Shown here piece after piece: positions 1 to 9,969 of a DNA stretch of 64,000 nucleotides; the stretch's first letter is position 1, and each line of letters begins with the position of its first letter. Origin of the DNA: Candidatus Micrarchaeota archaeon (GTDB taxonomy: Archaea > Micrarchaeota > Micrarchaeia > Anstonellales > Bilamarchaeaceae); assembly GCA_964434735.1 (NCBI GenBank), contig CAYSWK010000002.1, positions 634 through 64,633 on the forward strand. The letters are read 5' to 3'. The notes beneath the pieces are model-generated. The model searched no databases and had not been told where the DNA came from. It saw only the letters and a list, made by a program, of their open reading frames with translations. The position numbers were made by a program, and so were the translations under genes.

Positions 1-37
1 AGGCGTCAAACGTTCGCTTGAACAAATAAAACAAAGC

Positions 38-295
38 GTGGAGATGCTTAAAAATTCAAAAATAAACTATGAGTTCAGGACAACCGTTATCCCCCAGATC
101 CACACTGCTGCTGAAATGAATTTGATAGGCAACTGGATACGCGGGGCACAGAAGTATTACATCCAAAACTTCAGAAAGGCGCCAACGTGCATTGACCCGA
201 AATTTTCAGAATGGCCCTCGTTTTCTTTAGAGGAATTGCAAAACTTAAAGAAAATAATGGAACCGTACGTTGAAAACGTTTCAATACGGTCATAA
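38..295 (+). CDS. hypothetical protein, C-terminal part (5' end probably outside window)
   Basis: ORF at window edge, first of three + strand ORFs whose stops/starts overlap (38-295, 270-581, 578-1219); no confident family assignment from sequence. Confidence 0.3.
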   Translation: MEMLKNSKINYEFRTTVIPQIHTAAEMNLIGNWIRGAQKYYIQNFRKAPTCIDPKFSEWPSFSLEELQNLKKIMEPYVENVSIRS

Positions 296-581
296 ACAGA
301 TTATTAAACAAAACCGAAGAGATAGGTGCATGGAAGTACATGAAGATCCGCTTGCAAAAGCGTATTTTTCAATCTGCCACAGGATAGGGCAACCGTACGA
401 TTTATCCGTTGTCAAAGGACTGCAAACGCTCATCCCTGCAAGCTTCATAGAAATACCCTTTGATACGCCTGGCCATGCACAAAAATTTGCGCAGGAATTC
501 CACCGCTCATGCCATGAATTCGGAATTGATGCACAATCCCATAACGAAGTCGTATTCATAAGAAAAAAGGTGAACGAATGA
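270..581 (+). CDS. hypothetical protein
   Basis: 103-aa ORF translationally coupled (start overlaps upstream stop, stop overlaps downstream start); competing antisense ORF 290-694 judged less likely. Confidence 0.3.
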   Translation: MKTFQYGHKQIIKQNRRDRCMEVHEDPLAKAYFSICHRIGQPYDLSVVKGLQTLIPASFIEIPFDTPGHAQKFAQEFHRSCHEFGIDAQSHNEVVFIRKKVNE

Positions 582-1219
582 GAAAAATATGCTTTCATGG
601 CCACACAAGCCATTCTCCCGATTCGCTCATTGATCCGTTGCACTTGGTAAAAAGGTGCCACGCGCTCGGCTTGACGCCGTGTGTTACGGACCATAATTCA
701 ATTGCGTCATTTGGTGTTTTGAAAAAACATTTAGAATTCATACCTGGTGAGGAAATCCGTACTGACAAAGGCGACTTGATCGGCCTTTACCTTACCGAAT
801 GCATTCCCAAGCACACGCCGTTCCTTGAGGCCTTGGACTCGATAAAGGAACAGGGCGGAGTAAGCTACCTTCCCCACATGTACGATATTTCACGAAAAGG
901 CGTTCCCGACCCGAAACTAGCATCAAAAGTAGATATTATTGAAGTGTTCAACTCGCGCTGCCCGCTTAATTCAATGAACGAAAAGGCAGATGCGTTTGCA
1001 AAAAAGCACAAGCTTCTTCGTGCAGTTGGCAGCGATTCGCACTTTTCAATGGAGATAGGAAATGCATACGTATTGCTTGAGGATTTTGACATCTCAAACC
1101 CAAAAGCACTCCTTCGTGCACTCAAAAAACCGAAAGGATTCCACATGCAAAAAGCGCCCTTTTATGTGCGTGGACCCACAAAACTTGTTTCCATGATACG
1201 AAAACCGTTCATGAAGTGA
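578..1219 (+). CDS. PHP-domain metal-dependent phosphoesterase
   Basis: N-terminal CFHGHTSHSPDS and later VTDHNS histidine motifs typical of PHP (polymerase/histidinol-phosphatase) fold. Confidence 0.55.
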   Translation: MRKICFHGHTSHSPDSLIDPLHLVKRCHALGLTPCVTDHNSIASFGVLKKHLEFIPGEEIRTDKGDLIGLYLTECIPKHTPFLEALDSIKEQGGVSYLPHMYDISRKGVPDPKLASKVDIIEVFNSRCPLNSMNEKADAFAKKHKLLRAVGSDSHFSMEIGNAYVLLEDFDISNPKALLRALKKPKGFHMQKAPFYVRGPTKLVSMIRKPFMK

Positions 1220-1223
1220 TATA

Positions 1224-1538
1224 ATGGAACAGGCAGAACCTCCCAATGGAATTTTTGGAATGCTTAAGCAATTATTCAAAGGGATATTCGGATTAATCCT
1301 TACCCTCCTCAGTTTAGGGGTCTGCGCCATTATCGGACTTGTAGGCATTTTTATCTCACCGCTCATTATCATCATAATGATACTAGGAATCGTCCTCTTC
1401 ATCGCATGGGCAATGAAGAATATCCCAAAAACTACGCAAAAAAGCAAGGAAAACAATGTTGTTGATGGCTCTGCCGAATATGCAACCCCTGACGAATTCC
1501 AATCTACACAACTACCTCAGGCAAGAAAAAGGAAATAA
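1224..1538 (+). CDS. small membrane protein
   Basis: 104 aa with long hydrophobic stretch (LILTLLSLGVCAIIGLVGIFISPLIIIIMILGIVLFIAWA). Confidence 0.4.
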   Translation: MEQAEPPNGIFGMLKQLFKGIFGLILTLLSLGVCAIIGLVGIFISPLIIIIMILGIVLFIAWAMKNIPKTTQKSKENNVVDGSAEYATPDEFQSTQLPQARKRK

Positions 1539-1590
1539 CCAAAATACGTCAAATAAAAACATATTAAAACCTCAAGTTTGAATTGAAACC

Positions 1591-2496
1591 ATGGCAGATA
1601 CGTACGAGTCGCCGCTCTCAAAAGTCGGCAAATTTATCATAGGGATATTCGCGCTCTTTTTTATCATCTTGATGCTGTTTGCGTTCTTCCCTATACAGAT
1701 AATTAATACGGGTGAAGTCGGAGTTCTTTTGGAATTTGGAAAAGTAAAGGAGATCTGGAAACCAGGTATTCACCTTATGATTCCATTCATGAACTCAGTT
1801 GATATCATGTCAACACAGATCGAAAAGTTCGAAGCTGAAGCATCTGCCGCTTCCTCAGACTTACAGATCGTACGAACCACCATAACGGTAAATTATAGGC
1901 TTCCTGAAACCGACGCAAGTGTCCAAAGCTTATATGAAAATTTCAAAGGAAACCACGAATCAAGAATCATCGAACCATTGGTGCAAGAAGTAGTCAAGGC
2001 AAACACGGCCAAGTATTCGGCCGCTGAATTGATTGCAAAACGTGAGCAGCTCAAAACCGTAATAGGTGCAAACCTCAAGGAAAAACTCAGGCAATACGAT
2101 ATCAACGTCGTTGAAGTTTCCATCACCAACTTTGACTTCTCACCTGAATTTAACCGGGCAATTGAGGAAAAGGTCGTTGTTGAGCAGGAACTTTTAAAGG
2201 AACAGTACGAATTGCAGAAAAAGCAAATTGAAGTGCAACGCATCATTGCAGAAAAGAATGCAAGCGCAATAGGTGCAATACTTGAAGCACAAGGTGCGGC
2301 AGAAGCGCAACTCATACGTGCAGAAGCGGATGCGAGGTCAATACAAAGGATAACTCAAAGCCTCACAGACCCCTACATCAAGTATTACTACATACAACGA
2401 TGGAACGGCCAGATGCCAAAAGTTTTGGGTTCGCAGGATATGATTATTGACGTAAGCACGTTTGTTGAGGAACCAAAGCCCGCGGCAAATAAATAA
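1591..2496 (+). CDS. SPFH/band-7 family protein (prohibitin/stomatin-like)
   Basis: N-terminal TM anchor followed by INTGEVGVLLEFGKV...PGIHLMIPF and coiled-coil rich C-terminus characteristic of SPFH domain proteins. Confidence 0.7.
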   Translation: MADTYESPLSKVGKFIIGIFALFFIILMLFAFFPIQIINTGEVGVLLEFGKVKEIWKPGIHLMIPFMNSVDIMSTQIEKFEAEASAASSDLQIVRTTITVNYRLPETDASVQSLYENFKGNHESRIIEPLVQEVVKANTAKYSAAELIAKREQLKTVIGANLKEKLRQYDINVVEVSITNFDFSPEFNRAIEEKVVVEQELLKEQYELQKKQIEVQRIIAEKNASAIGAILEAQGAAEAQLIRAEADARSIQRITQSLTDPYIKYYYIQRWNGQMPKVLGSQDMIIDVSTFVEEPKPAANK

Positions 2497-2525
2497 TTTT
2501 TTTACTTCTTTTTTCATCTGAAGGA
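2497..2525 (+). terminator. T-rich tract downstream of SPFH gene (putative archaeal intrinsic terminator)
   Basis: aataatttttttacttcttttttcatc immediately after stop codon. Confidence 0.3.
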
Positions 2526-2558
2526 AGCCCTTAAGAATCAGGGCTATGAAACAAAAAT

Positions 2559-2822
2559 ATGTTAGACCCGGAATTCAAGATACTCAACGTCTTTTTAGAG
2601 CCTCAAAACCAATCAAAGGCACTAACTAGCAAAGAAATTCAAAAACTTGTAAAGTTTACGCATGAAAAAACAATCAACTGCCTCAAAAAACTCATTACTG
2701 ATGAAGTACTCATTGAAAAGAAAAAAGGGGACGAACTTTTATTTTCACTCAATAAGAAAAACGGCCTGGTAAAAATGTGCCTTTCTGTTGGCTCCCAACC
2801 TGACTTTAAAATGGAGAAATAA
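2559..2822 (+). CDS. small putative winged-helix DNA-binding protein
   Basis: 87-aa ORF, charged, size and pattern (LTSKEIQKLV...INCLKKLITDEVLIE) resembles small archaeal wHTH regulators; weak. Confidence 0.3.
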   Translation: MLDPEFKILNVFLEPQNQSKALTSKEIQKLVKFTHEKTINCLKKLITDEVLIEKKKGDELLFSLNKKNGLVKMCLSVGSQPDFKMEK

Positions 2823-3863
2823 TTACCCAAACCACGTTTCCAATTTTCGTTGCGCACCCTTCTCTTTTACGTTCTTTTTGAGATTTGCAAGCACGTTTTC
2901 TATCCTATCATTGGAAAAGTCATGCTCATCGCACATTAACCGAATGACTGAAGAATCATCAGGCGACGTAAAGCGAAACGTCGGTTTCTCAACCGCTTCC
3001 TGGGACTTGAAAAAAAGAATCACTGTTTCAATGTAATCTTCAAACTCATACGCGTACTTTTCCTTTACAAATTTCTTAATGGAATCAAACGTCAAATGCT
3101 CCTTTGCAACTTTGAGCGCCGTCTTAGGGCCGACTCGTGGAACCCCTTCATTAAAATCAGTCCCTACCAAAATGCCGATATGAATAAGCTGCTCTTGGGT
3201 GATGTTTACCGAATCAAGGCATTCTGAAAGCTTAATCTCTTCCGGTTCTATAGTAATGTACGTATTTTGCCTTGGAACTTTCCTACGTCCGGTAATTGAA
3301 ATATTACGGATAAGAACAGGCGAACCGAACAAAAGGGAATCATAGTCCTGCGAAGCGGATGCATGGACTGCGCCGTTTTTGACAAGTGCTGCGGCATATG
3401 CCTCCCCTTCGGTTGGTGCCTGAATAAACGGGATGCCCATTGCAGTAAGCAACTGCTTGCTTTCCTCAATCATTTCCGAAGTCAAACGAGATGTGCCTTG
3501 TGCAAAAGAACGCGCATCCTCATAACGCTCCTCTTCAAGCGCTTTTTTCCATTTCTCTTCTGCTTCCTTCTTTGTTTTTGCACGCTCCTCAATCGTTCGA
3601 AGCTTAAAGGGCGGCGGCGGGCCGTCAAATACGTACACGGGCTTTATGCCGTTTTCAATCAAACGAGAAGAACGGTACAAAAGACCGGAAAGATGCGCCG
3701 TTATCCTTCCCTTATAATCCATAAGCGGAGTGCCATCTTCCTGCCTGATTGATGCAAGGAACTGGTACAATACGTTGAAAGCATCAATTGCAATGATCTT
3801 TCCTGAAAGGGATGCAAGTGTGGTGGGGTGCCTAACCGTAATGTCTCCAAGATCTACACCCAC
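2823..3863 (-). CDS. fen: flap endonuclease 1 (FEN-1)
   Basis: MGVDLGDI...IAIDAFNVLYQFL...GRITAHLSGL...VYVFDGPPPPFK and C-terminal PCNA-binding-like tail QRKLETWF; canonical archaeal FEN-1 N and I domains. Confidence 0.9.
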   Translation of the reverse strand: MGVDLGDITVRHPTTLASLSGKIIAIDAFNVLYQFLASIRQEDGTPLMDYKGRITAHLSGLLYRSSRLIENGIKPVYVFDGPPPPFKLRTIEERAKTKKEAEEKWKKALEEERYEDARSFAQGTSRLTSEMIEESKQLLTAMGIPFIQAPTEGEAYAAALVKNGAVHASASQDYDSLLFGSPVLIRNISITGRRKVPRQNTYITIEPEEIKLSECLDSVNITQEQLIHIGILVGTDFNEGVPRVGPKTALKVAKEHLTFDSIKKFVKEKYAYEFEDYIETVILFFKSQEAVEKPTFRFTSPDDSSVIRLMCDEHDFSNDRIENVLANLKKNVKEKGAQRKLETWFG

Positions 3864-3874
3864 TTACGCCACCG

Positions 3875-4396
3875 TTATTGGCATCTGCCCGTATTGCATT
3901 TCTTGCCATCGGAACAGGTTTTAACTTCAGTAACAAGTTCCTGCGAAGCAGAACAACCGAATTCTTTTATGGTATTTACATCCACGCACGTGTCAGTGAA
4001 ATACTTCTCATTCACTGTCGTGGTGCCTCTCACATCAGTATTCAAACCACGGTCGCTGTCTGAACAAACGTTAACACACCTGCCGCCTGCACAGGTGCCG
4101 CCGCAATCATACCGAAGCTCAAAAAGAACGCCCTTAGGATCACAATAATATTTCTGCATAGTTCCCGGACGAGGGCAATAATCCCTTACTTGTTTTACTG
4201 AACCATCTGAATAGGTGAGTTTGACTATGCTGCGCGTATAGTAATCAACTTTCTGCTGAACGGGGGAGCACGAAACAAGCTTAACCGGCTCATTTTGAGC
4301 AAACGGGGTTGCTGCAAAAGAAACCAAAAGGTACGACCCCATCAAAATAACCAATGTAAGAAACGCGATTTCCTTTAACTCAGATGCGACCGTCAT
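3875..4396 (-). CDS. secreted cysteine-rich protein
   Basis: N-terminal hydrophobic signal/anchor (IAFLTLVILMGSYLLVSFAATPFA) then ~12 Cys in 120 aa. Confidence 0.4.
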   Translation of the reverse strand: MTVASELKEIAFLTLVILMGSYLLVSFAATPFAQNEPVKLVSCSPVQQKVDYYTRSIVKLTYSDGSVKQVRDYCPRPGTMQKYYCDPKGVLFELRYDCGGTCAGGRCVNVCSDSDRGLNTDVRGTTTVNEKYFTDTCVDVNTIKEFGCSASQELVTEVKTCSDGKKCNTGRCQ

Positions 4397-4420
4397 GGTG
4401 CATACATGCTCTTGATGTTT

Positions 4421-5983
4421 TTAACCCTTCTCCTTAAAGTCAAAAAGTGTGCGTTGCGAAGAATCTGCACCTGCCGGTCCATTGCCCGTGTCCTGTGCTC
4501 GGCGTTGTGTTTTAGAGGTTAGGGCTTGCATCTTGGATTGCGAACTTGTAGCAAGAGTGTCCTTCTTATGCTTAAGCCTCATTTGGCCTTGGATTTCAAG
4601 GAGAAGCTCCTTCATTTTCTTCTCCTTTTTGTTGGCGCTCCAATAATAATATTCATCACGAGTCTTCTTGGTCATGAAAATATGGATTTCCCCTTCACGA
4701 AAACGGCCTGCCCTTCCACGACGCTGGATAGCACGGATTTCAGAAGCAACAGGCTCATAGAAAATAACTGCATCAACTGCCGGGATGTCTAAACCTTCTT
4801 CACCGATTGAACTTGCAATAAGCGCTTGGAACTCCTCATTCCTGAACTTTTGAAGCGTCTCCTCCTGCTCCTTTTTGGTGACCCCATCCTTTTTACCGAC
4901 AAACACGTGCGAACGGATTCCGTGTTCATTTAAGGTCTGTGCAATTTTCTGGATCTGGTCACGGTACTGGGCAAACACAATCATTTTCTTGTTCCCCATT
5001 GTTTTTACCAGATTCACAAGCGCTTCAAGCTTAGGATGCTCTTCTTGCGTTTCCAATTGCGTTTCCAAACGTTGCATGTTCGGTTTTTTCAAAAGCACCG
5101 CAACACTCTTGCCGTCTTTTGTTTTTAATTTCTCAACGTATTTCCTCAATGCATGGACTCCTTGTGTTTCCGCCAATTCAAGCATGTGGAGCAAATGCAA
5201 AAGAATAGTATATTGAACAATTGCTGGGAATTTCAAAGGTGAGTCCATATTAAAAATCCGGTTTCTTAGCTGCATGAACTGCCCCTTATGATTAAGAGGC
5301 GGAGGAAATCCCATGCTTGAAAGAAGCTCTGCATGCTCACGAATCATTGAATCAAGCGTGTATTTTATCCCGGCCATGGATGCGGAAAGCGCAATAGGGT
5401 GCCAATGGATATTTTGCTTATGAATATAAGGTGCCACGTCAGGGTCTGAATGCGTCCTGATTTCAATGTTTGCGATATGCAAATTGTCAAGCACTTCCAT
5501 GATACGCTCCTTTTTTCCTCCCGGCGATGCAGTAAGCCCGACAATCAATGCGTTTGGAGCGTGTTTTGCGACGGTAACGTACGCATAATCCCCCACCGCG
5601 CGATGCGCCTCATCAACAATCACCAATGAAAAACGTGCAACCAAATTGCCGTTTTCGATATCATTCTGGATTGTCTGGGGGGTGCTAATGATAACGGGTT
5701 TTACGTACTCGGTCTTGCGTTTGGAAGGAGGCATTTCGCCCGTAACGAGCGAAACCTCATCATCCGAAAGCCCAAGAACGCTTTGGATTGAAAGAAGATG
5801 CTGCTTTGCCAAAGGCTTGGTTGGCGTCACCATCACGCACTGACCAAGCTTCATTTTTTCCTTGATAAGCATAAGCGCAATGAGTGTTTTTCCCAACCCC
5901 GTTGGGAGCACAACTAAGGTGTTTCCATATTCCATAATTGAATGGAAAATGGACAGTTGGTACGCCCGGGGAGTAAGATTCAT
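4421..5983 (-). CDS. Hef/ERCC4-family superfamily-2 helicase (helicase domains only)
   Basis: RAYQLSIFHSIMEYGNTLVVLPTGLGKT (motif I), VIVDEAH (DEAH, motif II), GLTASPG (motif III), helicase C motifs QRRGRAGR; no C-terminal ERCC4 nuclease, Lys-rich tail. Confidence 0.65.
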   Translation of the reverse strand: MNLTPRAYQLSIFHSIMEYGNTLVVLPTGLGKTLIALMLIKEKMKLGQCVMVTPTKPLAKQHLLSIQSVLGLSDDEVSLVTGEMPPSKRKTEYVKPVIISTPQTIQNDIENGNLVARFSLVIVDEAHRAVGDYAYVTVAKHAPNALIVGLTASPGGKKERIMEVLDNLHIANIEIRTHSDPDVAPYIHKQNIHWHPIALSASMAGIKYTLDSMIREHAELLSSMGFPPPLNHKGQFMQLRNRIFNMDSPLKFPAIVQYTILLHLLHMLELAETQGVHALRKYVEKLKTKDGKSVAVLLKKPNMQRLETQLETQEEHPKLEALVNLVKTMGNKKMIVFAQYRDQIQKIAQTLNEHGIRSHVFVGKKDGVTKKEQEETLQKFRNEEFQALIASSIGEEGLDIPAVDAVIFYEPVASEIRAIQRRGRAGRFREGEIHIFMTKKTRDEYYYWSANKKEKKMKELLLEIQGQMRLKHKKDTLATSSQSKMQALTSKTQRRAQDTGNGPAGADSSQRTLFDFKEKG

Positions 5984-6007
5984 CTCATCACGTTTGAATT
6001 TGTTTAG

Positions 6008-7003
6008 ATGTTGAGGTTTAAGATTCTTCTACGCACATATGATACTATGGATCTTGAAGGAATACGAAAACGGATTGCGGCATCGCGCGAGGAAATTACC
6101 CGTGCGTGCAATGAACTTCTTCTTAAGAATCCTTCAATAGTCCTTCCTTTAGAAAAAAAGCCTTTTTCGGGAACCGTTGCCGCAATTGATTCAGGCTTTG
6201 CATCAATTCCGCTTTATGGAATGGATGTTCTTGTATTTCGCGCAAGCGGCGTCTTGTTCCCCTACGAAAACTCAAAACGTACCGGATGCACATACTTTCC
6301 AAAATACCGAACTGCTCCAAACGTTGAAACGTTCATTTCCGATGATGCGCCGCAAGCAGGAACCTTAATGCAACTTTCACGCCTTAAGGCCGAAATAATG
6401 CAGGCAATTGAAATCGTAAAAGCGCATTCACCGGCCATTATTCTGCTCGATGGCTCCATTGCGCCTCTTGCATCAGATAAGCCGTTTGAAGCGCATGAAT
6501 TGTACGCGCAAACAATTCAAGCATATAAGGAACTCTATGAATTATGCAAAGGAAAAACAATCCTTGCGAGCGTGGTAAAGGATGCACGCGGAAAACGGTT
6601 TTCAAACGAATTTTTAGAGCACTGCCAAACAAGCGATTCGTTTTTCATGTCAATACTTCTTAAAGAGGGACAGCGAACGTGCGATATCCCGACAAACTCA
6701 AAAGCAAATGCAATAACAAAAGACCTTGGAATCTCCCATGAGGAATTACGTTGTATGTATGTGCGACCAAGCGAGGACACGCCAATACGCGTCGAATTCC
6801 TTTCAGGAAACGACTCTTCATACGTTGCTTGCGTACTTTGCGAATTGTGCGGCCCGTCAAAAATACATACCTACCCGCCCGTACTTATTGAAGCAGATTT
6901 GCGTGCAAAGCTTGAACCAAACGAAATTGAACAAGTTACTTATGAGCTTGAATTTGGCGCAGGAATAAAAAAGTTGAAACGAGATTCACGTCCGTTTAGA
7001 TAA
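6008..7003 (+). CDS. NurA-like 5'-3' nuclease (putative)
   Basis: AAIDSGF and IILLDGSIAPL motifs resemble the two Asp-containing motifs of archaeal NurA; divergent to Hef-like helicase. Confidence 0.4.
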   Translation: MLRFKILLRTYDTMDLEGIRKRIAASREEITRACNELLLKNPSIVLPLEKKPFSGTVAAIDSGFASIPLYGMDVLVFRASGVLFPYENSKRTGCTYFPKYRTAPNVETFISDDAPQAGTLMQLSRLKAEIMQAIEIVKAHSPAIILLDGSIAPLASDKPFEAHELYAQTIQAYKELYELCKGKTILASVVKDARGKRFSNEFLEHCQTSDSFFMSILLKEGQRTCDIPTNSKANAITKDLGISHEELRCMYVRPSEDTPIRVEFLSGNDSSYVACVLCELCGPSKIHTYPPVLIEADLRAKLEPNEIEQVTYELEFGAGIKKLKRDSRPFR

Positions 7004-7009
7004 GGAGGA

Positions 7010-7513
7010 TTATTTTGAACCGATTACGGTTGCTTTAGCACAGCCAGATGAATCACATGAAAGCGTCACGGGGCCGTCATTATCAAGAAACTCATGCGTA
7101 CTGCCTGCAACTTTTGAAAGAAAATGAACTGGGGTTCCTGAAGGACTAATATATACAATCCCGACGTTTCCAAGGCCAGTTACAAACCAAACAGAATCAG
7201 AATCTATAGGCCCCGCAATTCGTATACCTGAATCAAACGAAACGCCCTCACCTAAAACACCGTCAAAAGAAAACGAGTTTATTGGATACTGAATAACGCT
7301 GCATGAATCAACAAGCAATGCGGCCTGAGCCGTGCATGCAAATGCACGCACGGTTTCCGGTTTGCGTCGTTTTGAAATAACCGTTCCGTCCTTTGAAAGA
7401 AGAACGGTTGCACTAGCATCAGAATGCAACGAGCACTCTGGAACGGGTTTTGGAGTTGAATAGCTTATTGCAGGTGTTGCCAATAAAAAAAGAGAAAATG
7501 CTACCCTTTTCAT
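7010..7513 (-). CDS. secreted hypothetical protein
   Basis: signal peptide MKRVAFSLFLLATPAISYS; overlaps start of upstream gene by 4 nt (operon). Confidence 0.4.
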   Translation of the reverse strand: MKRVAFSLFLLATPAISYSTPKPVPECSLHSDASATVLLSKDGTVISKRRKPETVRAFACTAQAALLVDSCSVIQYPINSFSFDGVLGEGVSFDSGIRIAGPIDSDSVWFVTGLGNVGIVYISPSGTPVHFLSKVAGSTHEFLDNDGPVTLSCDSSGCAKATVIGSK

Positions 7514-8454
7514 GACTCATTAACCTTCTTTTTATCCTTAAGGAATACGATTTTTGCACCGCCTTTCTGATGATACAAATCGTAAATGAGGGCGTACCTG
7601 TCAACCTGATCAAGCACGTCTCCTTTCTCATCACGAATAACATATTTTGAAAGAGACTGCGCAAATATTTTTTCCTCCCCCGTACGCGCAATAGCAATAA
7701 ACTGGTCTCGTGTTATGCCTTCAATGCGGTATTCGGAATTAGCAAACTTAAAAGCGAGTACGGGTTTTGCGGCCTCTTTTTGTCTTTCAAGCTCTGCCGC
7801 CTGTGCCGCCTTTTCCTTGTTTCTTGCCACTATGCGTGCAATTTTCTGGTCGACAGGATCAACAACCCGTTTCTGCGCAGTAATTTCTTGAGGTTTAGGT
7901 ACGCGAGTTTCACGTTCATAACTGCGGGTCTTGCCACGATCATTACGAGTGGTGACTGCAACGTCTAAAGACTCGGGACGTGTGAGATACGGGACCAGTT
8001 TTTCAACATCCGGCCTCTCAAGCTTAACGGGCTTGAGTTTATCAAGCGCAATGGCTGCCGAATCACTTAAAAGAGGAGAAGTGTCCTTTTGTACGCCTAT
8101 ACTTGGAGTCATTTTTGTTGGATACCGATTATAAGTAACATATTTTACATCCTCAATCCTATTTCGAAGCTTAAACGCCGCATACTTATCTGCGTCGGTA
8201 CCACCTCCGGCAGAATATCTGCCCGTATGGTAATCCTCAAGCGGCGCACCCTTGTATGCCGCCATATAAACCTCAACTTTACCTGAAGTTATAAGTGAGG
8301 GATCTTTCTTGAGACGATCGAACATCTCACGACCCGTAAGCTTTTCATTCGGAAAAACAACAAGGTATGAAATCTTCGACGGGTCCGTAACATACAAAAA
8401 CGAATTGAATTCCTTTTCTTTTTTTTCTGGCGCGGCAAATGCCATAATTATCAC
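7510..8454 (-). CDS. hypothetical protein
   Basis: 314-aa ORF, charged, no recognised motif; upstream of and translationally coupled with 7010-7513. Confidence 0.4.
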   Translation of the reverse strand: MIIMAFAAPEKKEKEFNSFLYVTDPSKISYLVVFPNEKLTGREMFDRLKKDPSLITSGKVEVYMAAYKGAPLEDYHTGRYSAGGGTDADKYAAFKLRNRIEDVKYVTYNRYPTKMTPSIGVQKDTSPLLSDSAAIALDKLKPVKLERPDVEKLVPYLTRPESLDVAVTTRNDRGKTRSYERETRVPKPQEITAQKRVVDPVDQKIARIVARNKEKAAQAAELERQKEAAKPVLAFKFANSEYRIEGITRDQFIAIARTGEEKIFAQSLSKYVIRDEKGDVLDQVDRYALIYDLYHQKGGAKIVFLKDKKKVNES

Positions 8455-8493
8455 AAATTATAACAACAAGAAAATATAAAAAGGGAATGGAAA

Positions 8494-9855
8494 CTACACA
8501 TTGTAGTATTTTTCCATTTCCCACGCGCTCACGGCACGAAGACTGTCCTTATGCTCATTAAGCTTCATCTCAAGGTATTCGCCAACCAATTCCTTTGGAA
8601 TGGTTCCTTGAATGAACTTCCAATCGGAATCGAAAAGTTGAAGCGCATCAAACAACGAAAGAGGCAATGCCTTGAATGATCTTTTTGCGTTCTCCTTAAG
8701 GTTTTCAAGCGCATCACCTGGTTCAGTCTTGTGCTTAATGCCATCAATACCTGCTGCCAAAACGGCCGCATATGCAAGGTACGGATTTGCGGACGGGTCT
8801 GCCCCGCCGTACGAAATCATCTTTGAATCCTTTTCGCCTTTGCGTGTTTGTGAAACCCTTACAAGTGCGTTTGAATCATTGGCGCTCCATCCTACTGTTT
8901 TTTGCGATGCCCGATGATAACTATTTGTGGTAGGCATGCAGAATAACGAAAGTGATGCCGCATGATCAAGAAGCCCACCGACATAATACCTTCCTGTTTG
9001 CGAAAGCTGCGCGTAGGAGTCCTCACTGTCAAAGAACATGTTTGAGGATCCTTTCCACAAACTTTGCATGATTGATAATGTGCTTCCTTCCTCGCCCCTC
9101 ATGGGGAAAGGCATAAACGTGCTTGAACCATTAACTGCATTTGCAAGGTTTCGTACCACGAATTTAAGGGTTGAAAGCGCATCTGCCGCCGTTTTTACCG
9201 ATGCCTCGTGGAGCACCATGCATTGCTGTGCGGTTGGCGCGCGGCCATGGAAATGCCTGTCGACGCTAAACCCGAAATTCTCTTCGAGCGTTTCGGAAAT
9301 CTGCGTGCGTGCTGCATAAAATGAATCATACGGCTGTGCGACAAACGCACCCTTCTTTACTGCTGAAAGGGGCGATGCACTCCACCATGCTTCACGGGTG
9401 TCAATGTTGGTTCCCACTCCACGGCCAGGTGCGGTCCTGTCTTGTGCTGCCGCATCAAAAATGAAGAACTCGACTTCGGTTGCAACACGTGCGCCCTTTA
9501 TCTGAAGAGCATCGAGGTTCGTTTCAACCCGTTCTGCCGCATAACGGCAATCCCGAAGGAACCGCTCGTCACTTGCATTTATCACGCTGCAAATAAACCT
9601 CAACGTGCTTGGCTCCCAAGGGAGTCGTGCCATGGTCTCGGGGTCGGGCTTAAGAAGAAGTGCCCCTTGTTCGCTTTTGCCAAAAACAGGAGAAAGGTCA
9701 GCGCACTGTATGCCTTCCTCAAACGTTTTTTCATCAATCTGCTTGCTTGCAAGCGTAATGCGATGCATAAACCCGCTTGCGTCAAAAAATTGTAAATCAA
9801 CCCACTTTATTTCATTCGAAGCGATATACTTGAGTACTTCTTCCACATCAGACAT
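8494..9855 (-). CDS. glnA: glutamine synthetase
   Basis: GS beta-grasp and catalytic motifs (KPDPETMARLPWEP, GSSTFMPFPM, YGGADPSANPYLAYAAVLAAG); start placed at MSDVEEVL (ATG at 9853-9855) rather than the longest ORF. Confidence 0.85.
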   Translation of the reverse strand: MSDVEEVLKYIASNEIKWVDLQFFDASGFMHRITLASKQIDEKTFEEGIQCADLSPVFGKSEQGALLLKPDPETMARLPWEPSTLRFICSVINASDERFLRDCRYAAERVETNLDALQIKGARVATEVEFFIFDAAAQDRTAPGRGVGTNIDTREAWWSASPLSAVKKGAFVAQPYDSFYAARTQISETLEENFGFSVDRHFHGRAPTAQQCMVLHEASVKTAADALSTLKFVVRNLANAVNGSSTFMPFPMRGEEGSTLSIMQSLWKGSSNMFFDSEDSYAQLSQTGRYYVGGLLDHAASLSLFCMPTTNSYHRASQKTVGWSANDSNALVRVSQTRKGEKDSKMISYGGADPSANPYLAYAAVLAAGIDGIKHKTEPGDALENLKENAKRSFKALPLSLFDALQLFDSDWKFIQGTIPKELVGEYLEMKLNEHKDSLRAVSAWEMEKYYNV

Positions 9856-9969
9856 AATGACACCAATTAAACATCCGAAGAACAGATATATAAATCCGTG
9901 TAAAATGAGGACGAAAAGGCACGCGCAACAGACTTTTATTTTTATGCAACGAAAATTGATGGTGAGCAT

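Noticed and set aside
290-694. 134-aa minus-strand ORF antisense to 270-581 and the start of 578-1219
   Set aside because: The plus-strand ORFs form a translationally coupled chain, and the PHP-domain protein has recognisable motifs. Antisense ORFs of this size are expected by chance.
8494-9969. Longest-ORF start for glutamine synthetase (491 aa with hydrophobic N-terminal extension)
   Set aside because: The extension ([26 protein letters not shown]…) is not GS-like. An in-frame ATG giving MSDVEEVLKYI matches typical GS N-termini.
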